The notes beneath the pieces were generated by a model. It was not told the DNA's origin, ran no database searches, and worked only from the letters and a program-made list of their open reading frames with translations. A stretch of DNA of 35,185 bases from Candidatus Fraserbacteria bacterium. GTDB lineage: Bacteria; Bipolaricaulota; Bipolaricaulia; RBG-16-55-9. Position numbers and translations under genes: made by a program. Location of the stretch: NCBI GenBank assembly GCA_037443265.1, contig JBBIOR010000013.1, positions 12,192 to 47,376 on the forward strand, given 5' to 3'. Shown one piece after another: positions 17,791 through 26,806 of this stretch. The first letter of the stretch is position 1. Each line of letters starts with the position of its first letter.

Positions 17791-18759
17791 TCAGTTCGTG
17801 CGTTCGACGACGAAATCAAAGCTGTCGAATAAGAGCTCCTTCAGCTCTGAAGGAGCGATCCAGAAGAGAAGCTCCTTCGCTTCGGCGATCTTCTGGTGCG
17901 CTCGGGCCATAAACTGCGCCCGGATGCCATACTGCTCCATCTGCTCCAAAAGAGAGTCCTTTTCAGAGGCGCTGAGCGGCTGACGCTTAAGCACCTCAAC
18001 GATGTGGGGCACTTCCTGAGCCAAACGGATATAGGGCCACGTGAACCAGCCCCCTTGGGAGTCGGTCCAGGTGGCTTTGCCCAGCCTCTCGTCCCCAAAG
18101 ACGTCTAAAAGATCGTCGATCATCTGGTAGGCTGTCCCCAACAGGAGCCCCGCTCGATGGATCGAGTCCCGCTGCCATGGGGTCAAATGGGGATCTCCCA
18201 GGAGCGCCCCGATCGTACATGCGGCCGCCATTAACACAGCCGTCTTGTGCTCAATGACTCGATCGTACTCTTCGAGACGAGGCAGCTGCCAGCGTAGACT
18301 CTCTTGCAAGAGCTCACCTTCGAGGAGCTGCTCTACGGCGTCGATGACGATGGCCCGCACCTCGAAGGGATGTGCGTTGAGCAGCCGGAAGGCGCGCGAG
18401 AATATAAAATCCCCCTCCAGTATGGCTGAGCGATTGTTCGCGTGCTTCCAGAGCGATGGTCGGCTGCGCCGCGCCGGGGCTTGATCGATCACGTCATCGT
18501 GGGCCAGCGTCGCTAAATGAATCATCTCAACTACCGCAGCCACCTCGATCACAGCTGGGTGGGAACCCTGCGCTCCTAAGAGCTTATAAAAGAGCAGCAC
18601 AAGCGCCGGCCGGAAGCGTTTCCCGCCGCTGGCCAATAGATACTGCCCCAGATCCGCCACTGCCGGGATCTCCGAGTGGAGCAGCTCACGGAGCTTCCCT
18701 TCGACTGCGTCCAGCTCCTTTTGAAGGTGAGAGGCAGAAGCGGTGAGCAGCTGCTTCAT
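17791..18759 (-). CDS. long-chain polyprenyl diphosphate synthase
   Basis: GGKRFRP, EMIHLATLAHDDVID..RR (FARM), HKTA, QMIDDLLD (SARM). Confidence 0.92.
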   Translation of the reverse strand: MKQLLTASASHLQKELDAVEGKLRELLHSEIPAVADLGQYLLASGGKRFRPALVLLFYKLLGAQGSHPAVIEVAAVVEMIHLATLAHDDVIDQAPARRSRPSLWKHANNRSAILEGDFIFSRAFRLLNAHPFEVRAIVIDAVEQLLEGELLQESLRWQLPRLEEYDRVIEHKTAVLMAAACTIGALLGDPHLTPWQRDSIHRAGLLLGTAYQMIDDLLDVFGDERLGKATWTDSQGGWFTWPYIRLAQEVPHIVEVLKRQPLSASEKDSLLEQMEQYGIRAQFMARAHQKIAEAKELLFWIAPSELKELLFDSFDFVVERTN

Positions 18760-19385
18760 GGGCAGTCCGGCACCTTCTCGAGGCCACGATTAATGAAGGC
18801 GTCAATAAATTTTCGGATGCGCAGCTCGTCGTACTCTCGTAGCAGATCGATCCGGCCCCAAGCCGTGAGCGCGATGAGCGCATTGTCCGTCTCGGCCGCC
18901 GTGCGACCCGGAACCGCAAAGGGAAAGGGATACGGTGCCAAGATCAGGCGGCAGTAGCGCGCATCCTCGCCCCTCAAGCGATTCACCAAGCCCCGCAAGT
19001 CCTCGACTAAGGCATCGCCCACTCCCAGAACCCCCGAGGTGCGATATTGGATGATCACGGCCCCATGCTCGAGATTATGAACTTGTAGCTCATGGGGGAT
19101 GGGTTCCTCGTGGATACCGTAGGAGGCTTGACCGGGAGAGTGGCACCCCGACGCAGGCGGCCGGCTGTTGTTGGTATAATTCGGCGAGCATTGAGGGGTG
19201 TGCCCTCGGCCCCGGTCGGGCACGGCCAATCCAGGAGCGCTGCTACTGATCGTTCCAAGCAGCAGAACAAGACCATATCCGATGGCTGCGACGACGGCCA
19301 GGATGGCCAAGCGCCTCAGCCAACGCTTAACCCGTTGGGGGCTGATTCCCCCTCGGCGAATGGCTTTCCCCTTCTTTTTGGCCAT
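18756..19385 (-). CDS. DUF3105-like membrane-anchored protein
   Basis: Basic N-terminus, TM helix, PPASGCH, VHNLEHGAVIIQY, IALTAWG. Promoter-like TTGCAA-18-TAAAAT at 19430-19401. Confidence 0.8.
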   Translation of the reverse strand: MAKKKGKAIRRGGISPQRVKRWLRRLAILAVVAAIGYGLVLLLGTISSSAPGLAVPDRGRGHTPQCSPNYTNNSRPPASGCHSPGQASYGIHEEPIPHELQVHNLEHGAVIIQYRTSGVLGVGDALVEDLRGLVNRLRGEDARYCRLILAPYPFPFAVPGRTAAETDNALIALTAWGRIDLLREYDELRIRKFIDAFINRGLEKVPDCP

Positions 19386-19494
19386 GAATTCCTCGAGGCC
19401 ATTTTACTCAGCCGATTCAAGGTCTTGCAAAAAAGCCAAGCGCAGTTGACGGGCGGCCCGCAAATTTCATATAACTCTCTGGGTGAGCGAAGCC

Positions 19495-20418
19495 ATGCAG
19501 CGCGAGACACCTGCTAATGCACCCATAGAGGCCCGCACGATTCTTTTGGCAGCCCGCCCTTGGTCGTTTACGATGACGTTCATCTCCGTAACTACGGCAA
19601 GCCTGATGGCGTTGCCTGCCTTTGACTGGGCACTCTATCTCACCGTGCTTGTGGGTATGATCTTGGCTCATGCCGCCACGAATTTGATCAATGATTACTT
19701 TGACGTGAAAAGCGGCGTGGATCGTCCGGATGCGCCTACTGCGCGCTATCGTCCCCATCCTTTGGTCACAGGAAGGCTCAAGCCCCAGCAAGTGCTATGG
19801 GGCTCGCTCGGCCTGTACGGGCTTGCCGCTCTGATCGGACTGTATCTTACGTTCTTGAGGGGCTGGCCCATCGCCCTGCTCGCCCTCTTGGGGGGCCTAG
19901 CCAGCTTCTTCTACACCGCCACTCCAGTTCAATACAAGCACCGTGCTCTGGGGGAGCTTTCTGTCTTCCTGATGTGGGGACCCTTGATGATGCTGGGTTC
20001 ATACTACGTCCAGACGGGCGGCTGGCTGGGTGTTCATAAGGTGCTCTTTATCTCTTTGCCCATCGGGCTCTGGGTGGCTCTGGTGCTGCTTGCGAATAAT
20101 CTAAAAGATATAGACTATGATCGCGGCCAGGAAGTGGCCACCTTGGCGACGCTTCTGGGACGGAGCGGGGCCCTTACGCTTTACACGCTGCTTGTGATCC
20201 TCGTCTATGTCCTGAGCGCACTTGGAATCCTCCTGAAGATCATGCCGCTGTGGGGCCTGCTCGTCTTTATCAGCGTGCCCACGGCTTGGAGGCTCATCCG
20301 CTCGTTCCAGACTCGAGCAGAGATCCCTCCAGATGCCGATCCGCGCACGGCACAGCTATCGACCCTCTTTGGCTTGTTGTTGATCTTGTCGCTGCTATTG
20401 GGCCATCTCGTCCAATGA
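19495..20418 (+). CDS. menA: 1,4-dihydroxy-2-naphthoate polyprenyltransferase (UbiA/MenA family)
   Basis: AARPWSF, TNLINDYFDVKSGVD, YKHRALGEL, LLANNLKDIDYD; multiple TM helices. Start is ATG 19495 or GTG 19483. Confidence 0.85.
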   Translation: MQRETPANAPIEARTILLAARPWSFTMTFISVTTASLMALPAFDWALYLTVLVGMILAHAATNLINDYFDVKSGVDRPDAPTARYRPHPLVTGRLKPQQVLWGSLGLYGLAALIGLYLTFLRGWPIALLALLGGLASFFYTATPVQYKHRALGELSVFLMWGPLMMLGSYYVQTGGWLGVHKVLFISLPIGLWVALVLLANNLKDIDYDRGQEVATLATLLGRSGALTLYTLLVILVYVLSALGILLKIMPLWGLLVFISVPTAWRLIRSFQTRAEIPPDADPRTAQLSTLFGLLLILSLLLGHLVQ

Positions 20419-21044
20419 ATAGAGAAAAAACTGATCTGCTGGGTGTGATCTTCACGCTGCCGCTGGCCTTTGCCCTCTGGTACGGCACATTTGCCGTCCA
20501 GGAGGGCAATTTCTGGATCAAGATCTCGCTCTCAGCTTGGGTGCTGGGCGCCATCTCGCTGTGGATCATGGGGCCTGCGGGTGGACAGCTCTTCGCTATT
20601 TCGAAGCGCCACATCGGGTTAGGCCTTGCTTCAGCCGTCTTGTTGTACGCGATCTTTTTCGTAGGCAAGTGGATCTTGAGTGGGCTTTATGCGACTGCGC
20701 CTCAAGAGATCGCATCGATATATGCTCGGCGCGAGGCCATGCCTCCGTGGCTAATCGCTCCACTTCTTCTGCTCATCACTGGACCCGCCGAGGAGATCTA
20801 CTGGCGGGGGCTGTTGCAGCGAGTTCTAGTGCAGCGCATCGGCCCCATCAGCGGACTCTTTCTGGCCACAGCCTGCTATGCGCTCGTGCACATTTGGACC
20901 CTGAATACAGCTCTCGTGTTGGCCGCGTTCACCGCCGGGCTGATCTGGGGCTGGATCTATCTTGTGGAGCGAAGCCTTGTGCCCGTGATCATCTCGCATG
21001 CCCTCTGGAGTGTGACGATCTTCGTCTTGTTGCCGCTGGGATAA
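20415..21044 (+). CDS. CPBP/Abi-family intramembrane glutamic endopeptidase
   Basis: ATG overlapping the menA stop; GPAEEIYWRG, YALVH and IISHALWS motifs. Confidence 0.88.
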   Translation: MNREKTDLLGVIFTLPLAFALWYGTFAVQEGNFWIKISLSAWVLGAISLWIMGPAGGQLFAISKRHIGLGLASAVLLYAIFFVGKWILSGLYATAPQEIASIYARREAMPPWLIAPLLLLITGPAEEIYWRGLLQRVLVQRIGPISGLFLATACYALVHIWTLNTALVLAAFTAGLIWGWIYLVERSLVPVIISHALWSVTIFVLLPLG

Positions 21045-21093
21045 GAAATGCGCTAACATTCAGTGATCTCCGAAGGGGAGGCTGGCATTCAGA

Positions 21094-22239
21094 ATGGAAC
21101 CGCCCTTCTTCACGGAAGAGCATCACATCTTCCGCAAGACCATGCGCCAGTTCGTTGAGGAAGAGCTGAACCCCCATGTGGATGACTGGGAGGCCGCCGG
21201 ACGCTTCCCAAAAGAGATCTATAGGCGATTGGGTGAGCTGGGAGCGCTGGGCATTCGCTATCCCACAGAATACGGCGGCGCGGGGGCCGACATCTGGATG
21301 ACAGTTGTCTTTTGCGAAGAGATGGGGCGCTGCCGCTCTCGGGGGCTCACCATGAGTGTGCTCGTCCAGACCGACATGTCCTCGCCCTATCTGGCCCAAT
21401 ATGGCAGCGAAGAGCTCAAGCGGAGATATCTGCCGGCGATGATCCGAGGCGAAAGAGTCGGAGCGATCGTGCTCACGGAGCCCAGTGGAGGCTCTGATCT
21501 GGCGAACATGCGCACCACAGCCAAGCGCCAAGGGAATAAATTCATTTTGAATGGGAGCAAGACGTTCATTACCAATGCCCTCCATGCGGATTTGTTTTTC
21601 GTGGCTGCCAAGACGGCTCCGGAGCTGGACAAGCGAGGCATCAGCATGTTCATTGTCGAGCGAGATTCGCCTGGACTCATCATCGAGCCGATGAAGAAGA
21701 AGCTGGGCATGCACGTCTCCGACACCGGGGAACTTACTTTTCAGAACACGCCTGTACCTGCGGAGAATCTGATTGGAGAGGAGAATCGCGGCTTCTATTA
21801 TATTATGAGCAGCCTGCAGAACGAGCGTTTTGTCGCCTCTGTGGCCATGACGTCTTCGGCCCAGCAGGCACTGGAAGACGCGATCAGATATGCTCAAGAT
21901 CGGGAGCTCTTTGGCCAGAAGCTCTCAGAGTTTCAGCTCACGCGCTATAAGATCGCCCGGATGCAGACTCTCTTAGAGGCTGCACGCCAGCTCACGTACT
22001 ATGCCGCGATGCTCTACCATCAGGGCCAGGATTGGACGAGGGCCGTGGCCATGTGCAAGGCCTTCTGTGCCGAGGTGGCCAACGCCGTGGCCGACGAGTG
22101 TCTACAGATCCACGGAGGCTACGGCTACATTGAAGAGTACGACATCGCGCGCTTCTATCGGGACATTCGCCTCTGGAAGATCGGCGCAGGCACCACGGAA
22201 GTGATGTGGGAGATCATCGCCAAACAGATGGGCTTATGA
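21094..22239 (+). CDS. acyl-CoA dehydrogenase (LCAD/isovaleryl-CoA dehydrogenase-type catalytic arrangement)
   Basis: LTEPSGGSD, NGSKTFITN, KLGMHVSDT, LQNERF, QIHGGYGY, IGAGTTE. Confidence 0.93.
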   Translation: MEPPFFTEEHHIFRKTMRQFVEEELNPHVDDWEAAGRFPKEIYRRLGELGALGIRYPTEYGGAGADIWMTVVFCEEMGRCRSRGLTMSVLVQTDMSSPYLAQYGSEELKRRYLPAMIRGERVGAIVLTEPSGGSDLANMRTTAKRQGNKFILNGSKTFITNALHADLFFVAAKTAPELDKRGISMFIVERDSPGLIIEPMKKKLGMHVSDTGELTFQNTPVPAENLIGEENRGFYYIMSSLQNERFVASVAMTSSAQQALEDAIRYAQDRELFGQKLSEFQLTRYKIARMQTLLEAARQLTYYAAMLYHQGQDWTRAVAMCKAFCAEVANAVADECLQIHGGYGYIEEYDIARFYRDIRLWKIGAGTTEVMWEIIAKQMGL

Positions 22240-23676
22240 TTAGGCCCGCAGGGGCTCCTTCTTCTTCGGGTTCAGAATATGAATCGCTTGGCCCATCGCG
22301 GCCTCGGCCGCTTCCATTAGGCCCTCGGGCAGCGTCGGGTGTGGATGGATCGTCATGGCCAGATCCTCCAAGCGCGCCCCCATCTCAATGGCCAGCGCTG
22401 CCTCACTGATGAGATTGCTGGCTTCCGGTCCGATGATCTGCACGCCCAGCACAACGTTTGTCTCTTGATCCGCGATGATCTTGATAAAGCCCTCGGTTTC
22501 ATTCATGCTGATCGCACGCCCCAACGCGGCAAACGGGAATCTTCCGATCAGCGGCGTAAAACCCGCCTTCCGGGCTTCTGCCTCGCTCAGGCCAACATAC
22601 GCAATCTCCGGATCTGTAAAGATCACAGCGGGAACGGTCTGCCAGTCCGCCGCACTGGGCAAGCCGCAGATGGCCTCCGCCGCGACAAGCCCCTCGTGTG
22701 AGGCTTTGTGCGCCAGCATGGGCGGCCCAGCCACATCCCCAATCGCATAGACGTGTGGGTTGCTCGTACGCCTCTGTTCGTCCACTTTCAGAAAGCCCTT
22801 CTCATCGGGCCTAAGACCCAACTTGTCCAGCCCCAAGGGGGTATGGGGCTTGCGCCCCACGCTCACGAGCACTTTCTCGACCTCGAGCTTCTTTGCGCCG
22901 TCGGGTGTTGCAATTACAAGCTGCGCGCCGGACTTGCCCCGCTTAAGCTCTTTCGCTTGAGATTTCACATGAACTTCGAGGCCCGATGCCTGGGCCTTGC
23001 GGGCCACAGGACGTACCAGCTCTGCATCCGTGCCTGGCAAGAGCTGATCTAGCATCTCGACGATCGTCACTCTGCTGCCCAGCTTGGCATAGACCATGCC
23101 CAACTCCAACCCGATGTAGCCCCCACCGATCACTGCGAGCGACTCGGGCAGCCTTTTGAGTCCCAACGCGCCGGTGGAGTCGATCACCGTCTCTCCATCA
23201 ATCTCAAAGCCGGGAATCGTCATCGGGACAGAACCCGTGGCGATTATGCAGTCTTTAAACTCAATGGCCTGTGTGCCGTGTTCGCTCTCAACTAGGCACT
23301 TCTTCGCGGATAGAAAGCTCGCCTTGCCCTGGAGGACATTGACGCCGTTGCCCTCTAAGAGCTGCTTTACGCCCGCCGTGAGCTTTCTGACGACGCTCTC
23401 TTTCCATGCCTGCACCCTCTCCAGCTGGACTTTCACTTCTTTGACGGAGATCCCCATCTCGTCCAGATGCTTGATCTTTTCATATACATACGAGGCATAG
23501 ATGAGGGCCTTCGAGGGGATGCAGCCGACGTTTAGACAGACGCCACCCAGCTCGTCTTTCTCGACCAGCGTGACGTCCTTGCCCAGCTGAGCGGCTCGGA
23601 TGGCAGCCACGTAGCCGCCGGGGCCGGCACCGATGATCAAAACGTCCGTCCCCATCGTGATCTCGCCAACGACCAT
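22240..23676 (-). CDS. lpdA: dihydrolipoyl dehydrogenase (E3)
   Basis: GAGPGGY, redox disulfide GGVCLNVGCIPSK, GGGYIGLE, HPHPTLPE; TGATG coupling to the upstream E1-beta. Confidence 0.96.
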   Translation of the reverse strand: MVVGEITMGTDVLIIGAGPGGYVAAIRAAQLGKDVTLVEKDELGGVCLNVGCIPSKALIYASYVYEKIKHLDEMGISVKEVKVQLERVQAWKESVVRKLTAGVKQLLEGNGVNVLQGKASFLSAKKCLVESEHGTQAIEFKDCIIATGSVPMTIPGFEIDGETVIDSTGALGLKRLPESLAVIGGGYIGLELGMVYAKLGSRVTIVEMLDQLLPGTDAELVRPVARKAQASGLEVHVKSQAKELKRGKSGAQLVIATPDGAKKLEVEKVLVSVGRKPHTPLGLDKLGLRPDEKGFLKVDEQRRTSNPHVYAIGDVAGPPMLAHKASHEGLVAAEAICGLPSAADWQTVPAVIFTDPEIAYVGLSEAEARKAGFTPLIGRFPFAALGRAISMNETEGFIKIIADQETNVVLGVQIIGPEASNLISEAALAIEMGARLEDLAMTIHPHPTLPEGLMEAAEAAMGQAIHILNPKKKEPLRA

Positions 23677-24656
23677 CAAAAACTCACCGCCTGGCGAATC
23701 CCTCTCACCACCCGCCCCACGTCGGGCAGATAATACTCCTCCATGCGCAGATAGGGGATGGCTGCATCAAAGCCTGTGACGCGCACGACGGGGGCCTCTA
23801 GCTGCAGCAGGAGCCTCTCGTTGAGCAGCGCTGTGACCTCTGAAGCGAAGCCGCAGGTGCGTGGGGCCTCCTGCACCACGACTGCCCGGCCCGTCTTCTG
23901 CACCGACTCAGAGATCATCTCGAAGTCTAAGGGCACGAGCGTTCGAAGATCGATGACTTCGACGGAGATGCCGTACTGCTCCTGGGCCTCTTCGGCCGCT
24001 TGGAGCACCGTGCGGGTCATCGAGCCCCAGGCTATGATTGTCACATCTTCGCCGTCGCGTGCCACGCGGGCCTTTCCTAATGGGATCGCGTAGTCTTCCT
24101 CTGGCACCTCCTCGCGAAAAGCCCGATAGATCTTCTTGGGCTCTAAGAAGATCACGGGGTCGGGATCGCGGATGGAGGCAATCAGCAGGCCCTTGGCCTC
24201 ATAAGGGCTCGAAGGGATGACGACTTTAAGACCGGGCGTGTGCGCATAGTACGCCTCCGGGCTCTCAGAGTGATGCTCCAGAGCGCGAATTCCTCCGCCG
24301 TAGGGGGCGCGGATGACCAGGGGCACGTGATAGCGCCCGCGCGAGCGCCAGCGGATGCGGGCCGCATGGGAGACGATCTGATCAAACGCCGGGGGCATGA
24401 AGCCATCAAACTGGATCTCGGCCACGGGTCTCAAGCCATAGACGGCCATCCCAATCGCCGTGCCCACAATCCCGGATTCCGCTAGAGGGGTATCGATCAC
24501 TCGATCCGGCCCGAATTCGTCAAGAAGCCCTTCGGTAGCGCGGAAGACTCCGCCGTCCACACCCACGTCCTCGCCCAGGACTAACACCCGCTCGTCCTGG
24601 CGCATCTCCGTCTTAAGGGCATCGTTGATCGCCTGCACCAGCGTCAGCTGCGCCAT
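23676..24656 (-). CDS. pdhB: 2-oxoacid dehydrogenase E1 beta subunit, copy 2
   Basis: LGEDVGVDGGVFRAT, DTPLAESGI, AEIQF, EHHSESPE, EVIDLRTL; own SD (GGAGG). Confidence 0.93.
   Translation of the reverse strand: MAQLTLVQAINDALKTEMRQDERVLVLGEDVGVDGGVFRATEGLLDEFGPDRVIDTPLAESGIVGTAIGMAVYGLRPVAEIQFDGFMPPAFDQIVSHAARIRWRSRGRYHVPLVIRAPYGGGIRALEHHSESPEAYYAHTPGLKVVIPSSPYEAKGLLIASIRDPDPVIFLEPKKIYRAFREEVPEEDYAIPLGKARVARDGEDVTIIAWGSMTRTVLQAAEEAQEQYGISVEVIDLRTLVPLDFEMISESVQKTGRAVVVQEAPRTCGFASEVTALLNERLLLQLEAPVVRVTGFDAAIPYLRMEEYYLPDVGRVVRGIRQAVSF
24121..24656 (-). repeat. 536-bp direct repeat, copy B (5' part of E1-beta copy 2)
   Basis: No mismatch found against 25119-25654 by eye (offset 998). Identity begins exactly at the ATG. 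Confidence 0.92.
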
Positions 24657-24676
24657 AGTCTTAGATCCTCCACATG

Positions 24677-25654
24677 TCAGAATTGCATAGCTTTTCTGAT
24701 TCCTCGGAGCACCCGGAAGGCGTCCGGCACATAATACTCTTCGAGACGATAGAGCGGAATGGTGGTGTCAAAGCCGCTCACCCGCACCAGAGGAGCTTTC
24801 AGATATAGAAGTGCCTTGTCGTTGACAAGAGCCATGAGCTCCGCTCCGAAGCTGCACGTCAGTGGAGATTCCTGGGCGATCACGCACCGTCCCGTCTTTG
24901 CCACAGACTCGATGACGGTCTCGATGTCTAGGGGAGAGAGCGTGCGCAGATCGATCACTTCAGCATGAATGCCCTCCCGCTCAGCTTGTTCCACGGCCTC
25001 CAGGGAGACGCGCGCCATATATCCCCACGAGATCACGCTGACATCTGAGCCCTCTTTGAGAACTTTCGCCTGGCCGAGAGGCACGACGTAATCGTCTTCA
25101 GGAACTTCTTCTCGGAAGGCCCGATAGATCTTCTTGGGCTCTAAGAAGATCACGGGGTCGGGATCGCGGATGGAGGCAATCAGCAGGCCCTTGGCCTCAT
25201 AAGGGCTCGAAGGGATGACGACTTTAAGACCGGGCGTGTGCGCATAGTACGCCTCCGGGCTCTCAGAGTGATGCTCCAGAGCGCGAATTCCTCCGCCGTA
25301 GGGGGCGCGGATGACCAGGGGCACGTGATAGCGCCCGCGCGAGCGCCAGCGGATGCGGGCCGCATGGGAGACGATCTGATCAAACGCCGGGGGCATGAAG
25401 CCATCAAACTGGATCTCGGCCACGGGTCTCAAGCCATAGACGGCCATCCCAATCGCCGTGCCCACAATCCCGGATTCCGCTAGAGGGGTATCGATCACTC
25501 GATCCGGCCCGAATTCGTCAAGAAGCCCTTCGGTAGCGCGGAAGACTCCGCCGTCCACACCCACGTCCTCGCCCAGGACTAACACCCGCTCGTCCTGGCG
25601 CATCTCCGTCTTAAGGGCATCGTTGATCGCCTGCACCAGCGTCAGCTGCGCCAT
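24677..25654 (-). CDS. pdhB: 2-oxoacid dehydrogenase E1 beta subunit, copy 1
   Basis: Same motifs as copy 2; directly downstream of E1-alpha. Confidence 0.93.
   Translation of the reverse strand: MAQLTLVQAINDALKTEMRQDERVLVLGEDVGVDGGVFRATEGLLDEFGPDRVIDTPLAESGIVGTAIGMAVYGLRPVAEIQFDGFMPPAFDQIVSHAARIRWRSRGRYHVPLVIRAPYGGGIRALEHHSESPEAYYAHTPGLKVVIPSSPYEAKGLLIASIRDPDPVIFLEPKKIYRAFREEVPEDDYVVPLGQAKVLKEGSDVSVISWGYMARVSLEAVEQAEREGIHAEVIDLRTLSPLDIETVIESVAKTGRCVIAQESPLTCSFGAELMALVNDKALLYLKAPLVRVSGFDTTIPLYRLEEYYVPDAFRVLRGIRKAMQF
25119..25654 (-). repeat. 536-bp direct repeat, copy A (5' part of E1-beta copy 1)
   Basis: No mismatch found against 24121-24656 by eye. Confidence 0.92.
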
Positions 25655-25657
25655 GCG

Positions 25658-26806
25658 CTACTCCTCTTGAGTCTCTCTTTGACCCCGCTCTTTCAGATAT
25701 GCTCGTAGCTCTTCCAGTTGCTCTTTCAGATTCCAGGGCATCTCCGCGTAGGTGTATTTGAAGATCTCTTCGACGTCGCGCTCTGGCATCTTCTCGTACT
25801 CCTCCACGGCCTGCGCGACTTCCGCCTTGGCCTCTTCCCAGACGCGCTCTTCATCTTTCTCGTTCCAGAAGTCCCGGCTTTCTAGATATTTGCGGAAGCG
25901 CGGGATGGGATCCTTCTGCTTCCACTCTTCGACTTCCTCCTTGGAGCGATAGCGCGTCCAGTCGTCGGCCGTGGTATGGTGGCTCAGGCGATAGGTGATC
26001 GCCTCGATCATCGTCGGCCCGCCGCCCGAGCGGGCTTTTTCGAGCGCTTCTTTTGTGACCTGATAGACGGCTAAAAGATCGTTGCCGTCGACTTGAACGC
26101 CCTCGAAGCCGTAGGCGATCGCTTTCTGGGCAAGGGTTTCAGAAGCTGTCTGGCGCGTGCGCGGCACAGAGATCGCATATTGGTTGTTCTGGCAGAAGAA
26201 GACCACGGGGCACTGGAAGACGCCGGCAAAATTCATCCCCTCATGGAAGTCCCCTTCGGAGGTGGCGCCGTCGCCGAAGTAGACGATAGAAGCGATGCGA
26301 TCGCCCTTGAGCTTGGCCGCCCAGGCCACGCCCACGGCATGGAGCACTTGAGTGGCAATGGGGATAGAGATCGTAAAGTTGTTGACCCCTTCAGGGATGC
26401 GATTGCCCTCTTCGTTGCCGCCCCAATATGTTAAAATATCCACCCAGCGCTGACCGCGAATCGCTTGGACGGCGTGCTCGCGATACGAAGGGAACATCCA
26501 GTCTTCGGGCTTAAGAGCCCAAGCACTCCCCACCTGAGCGGCCTCTTGCCCTGAGAGCGGAGCGTATGTCCCCAAGCGCCCTTGGCGTTGCAACGCGAGA
26601 GCCCGCTCGTCAAAGACCCGCGCTGTCACCATCCAGCGATACATCTTGCGCAAATCTTCTTTGGAGAGCTCCAGCTCGAGGTCTTCATCAAGCAGCCGGC
26701 CTTCATCGTCCAGGACTTGAACGATGTCCGGGATCGTCCAAGTCCGCCCGCCCTTCCGTTCGATCTTAGCCTTCTCTTTGGCTTTGACCTCGGTGCTCTT
26801 AGCCAT
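25658..26806 (-). CDS. pdhA: 2-oxoacid (pyruvate or branched-chain) dehydrogenase E1 alpha subunit
   Basis: LQRQGRLG, GQEAAQVG, TPP motif GDGATSEGDFHEGMN...NNQYAIS, YRLSHHTTADD. Confidence 0.94.
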   Translation of the reverse strand: MAKSTEVKAKEKAKIERKGGRTWTIPDIVQVLDDEGRLLDEDLELELSKEDLRKMYRWMVTARVFDERALALQRQGRLGTYAPLSGQEAAQVGSAWALKPEDWMFPSYREHAVQAIRGQRWVDILTYWGGNEEGNRIPEGVNNFTISIPIATQVLHAVGVAWAAKLKGDRIASIVYFGDGATSEGDFHEGMNFAGVFQCPVVFFCQNNQYAISVPRTRQTASETLAQKAIAYGFEGVQVDGNDLLAVYQVTKEALEKARSGGGPTMIEAITYRLSHHTTADDWTRYRSKEEVEEWKQKDPIPRFRKYLESRDFWNEKDEERVWEEAKAEVAQAVEEYEKMPERDVEEIFKYTYAEMPWNLKEQLEELRAYLKERGQRETQEE

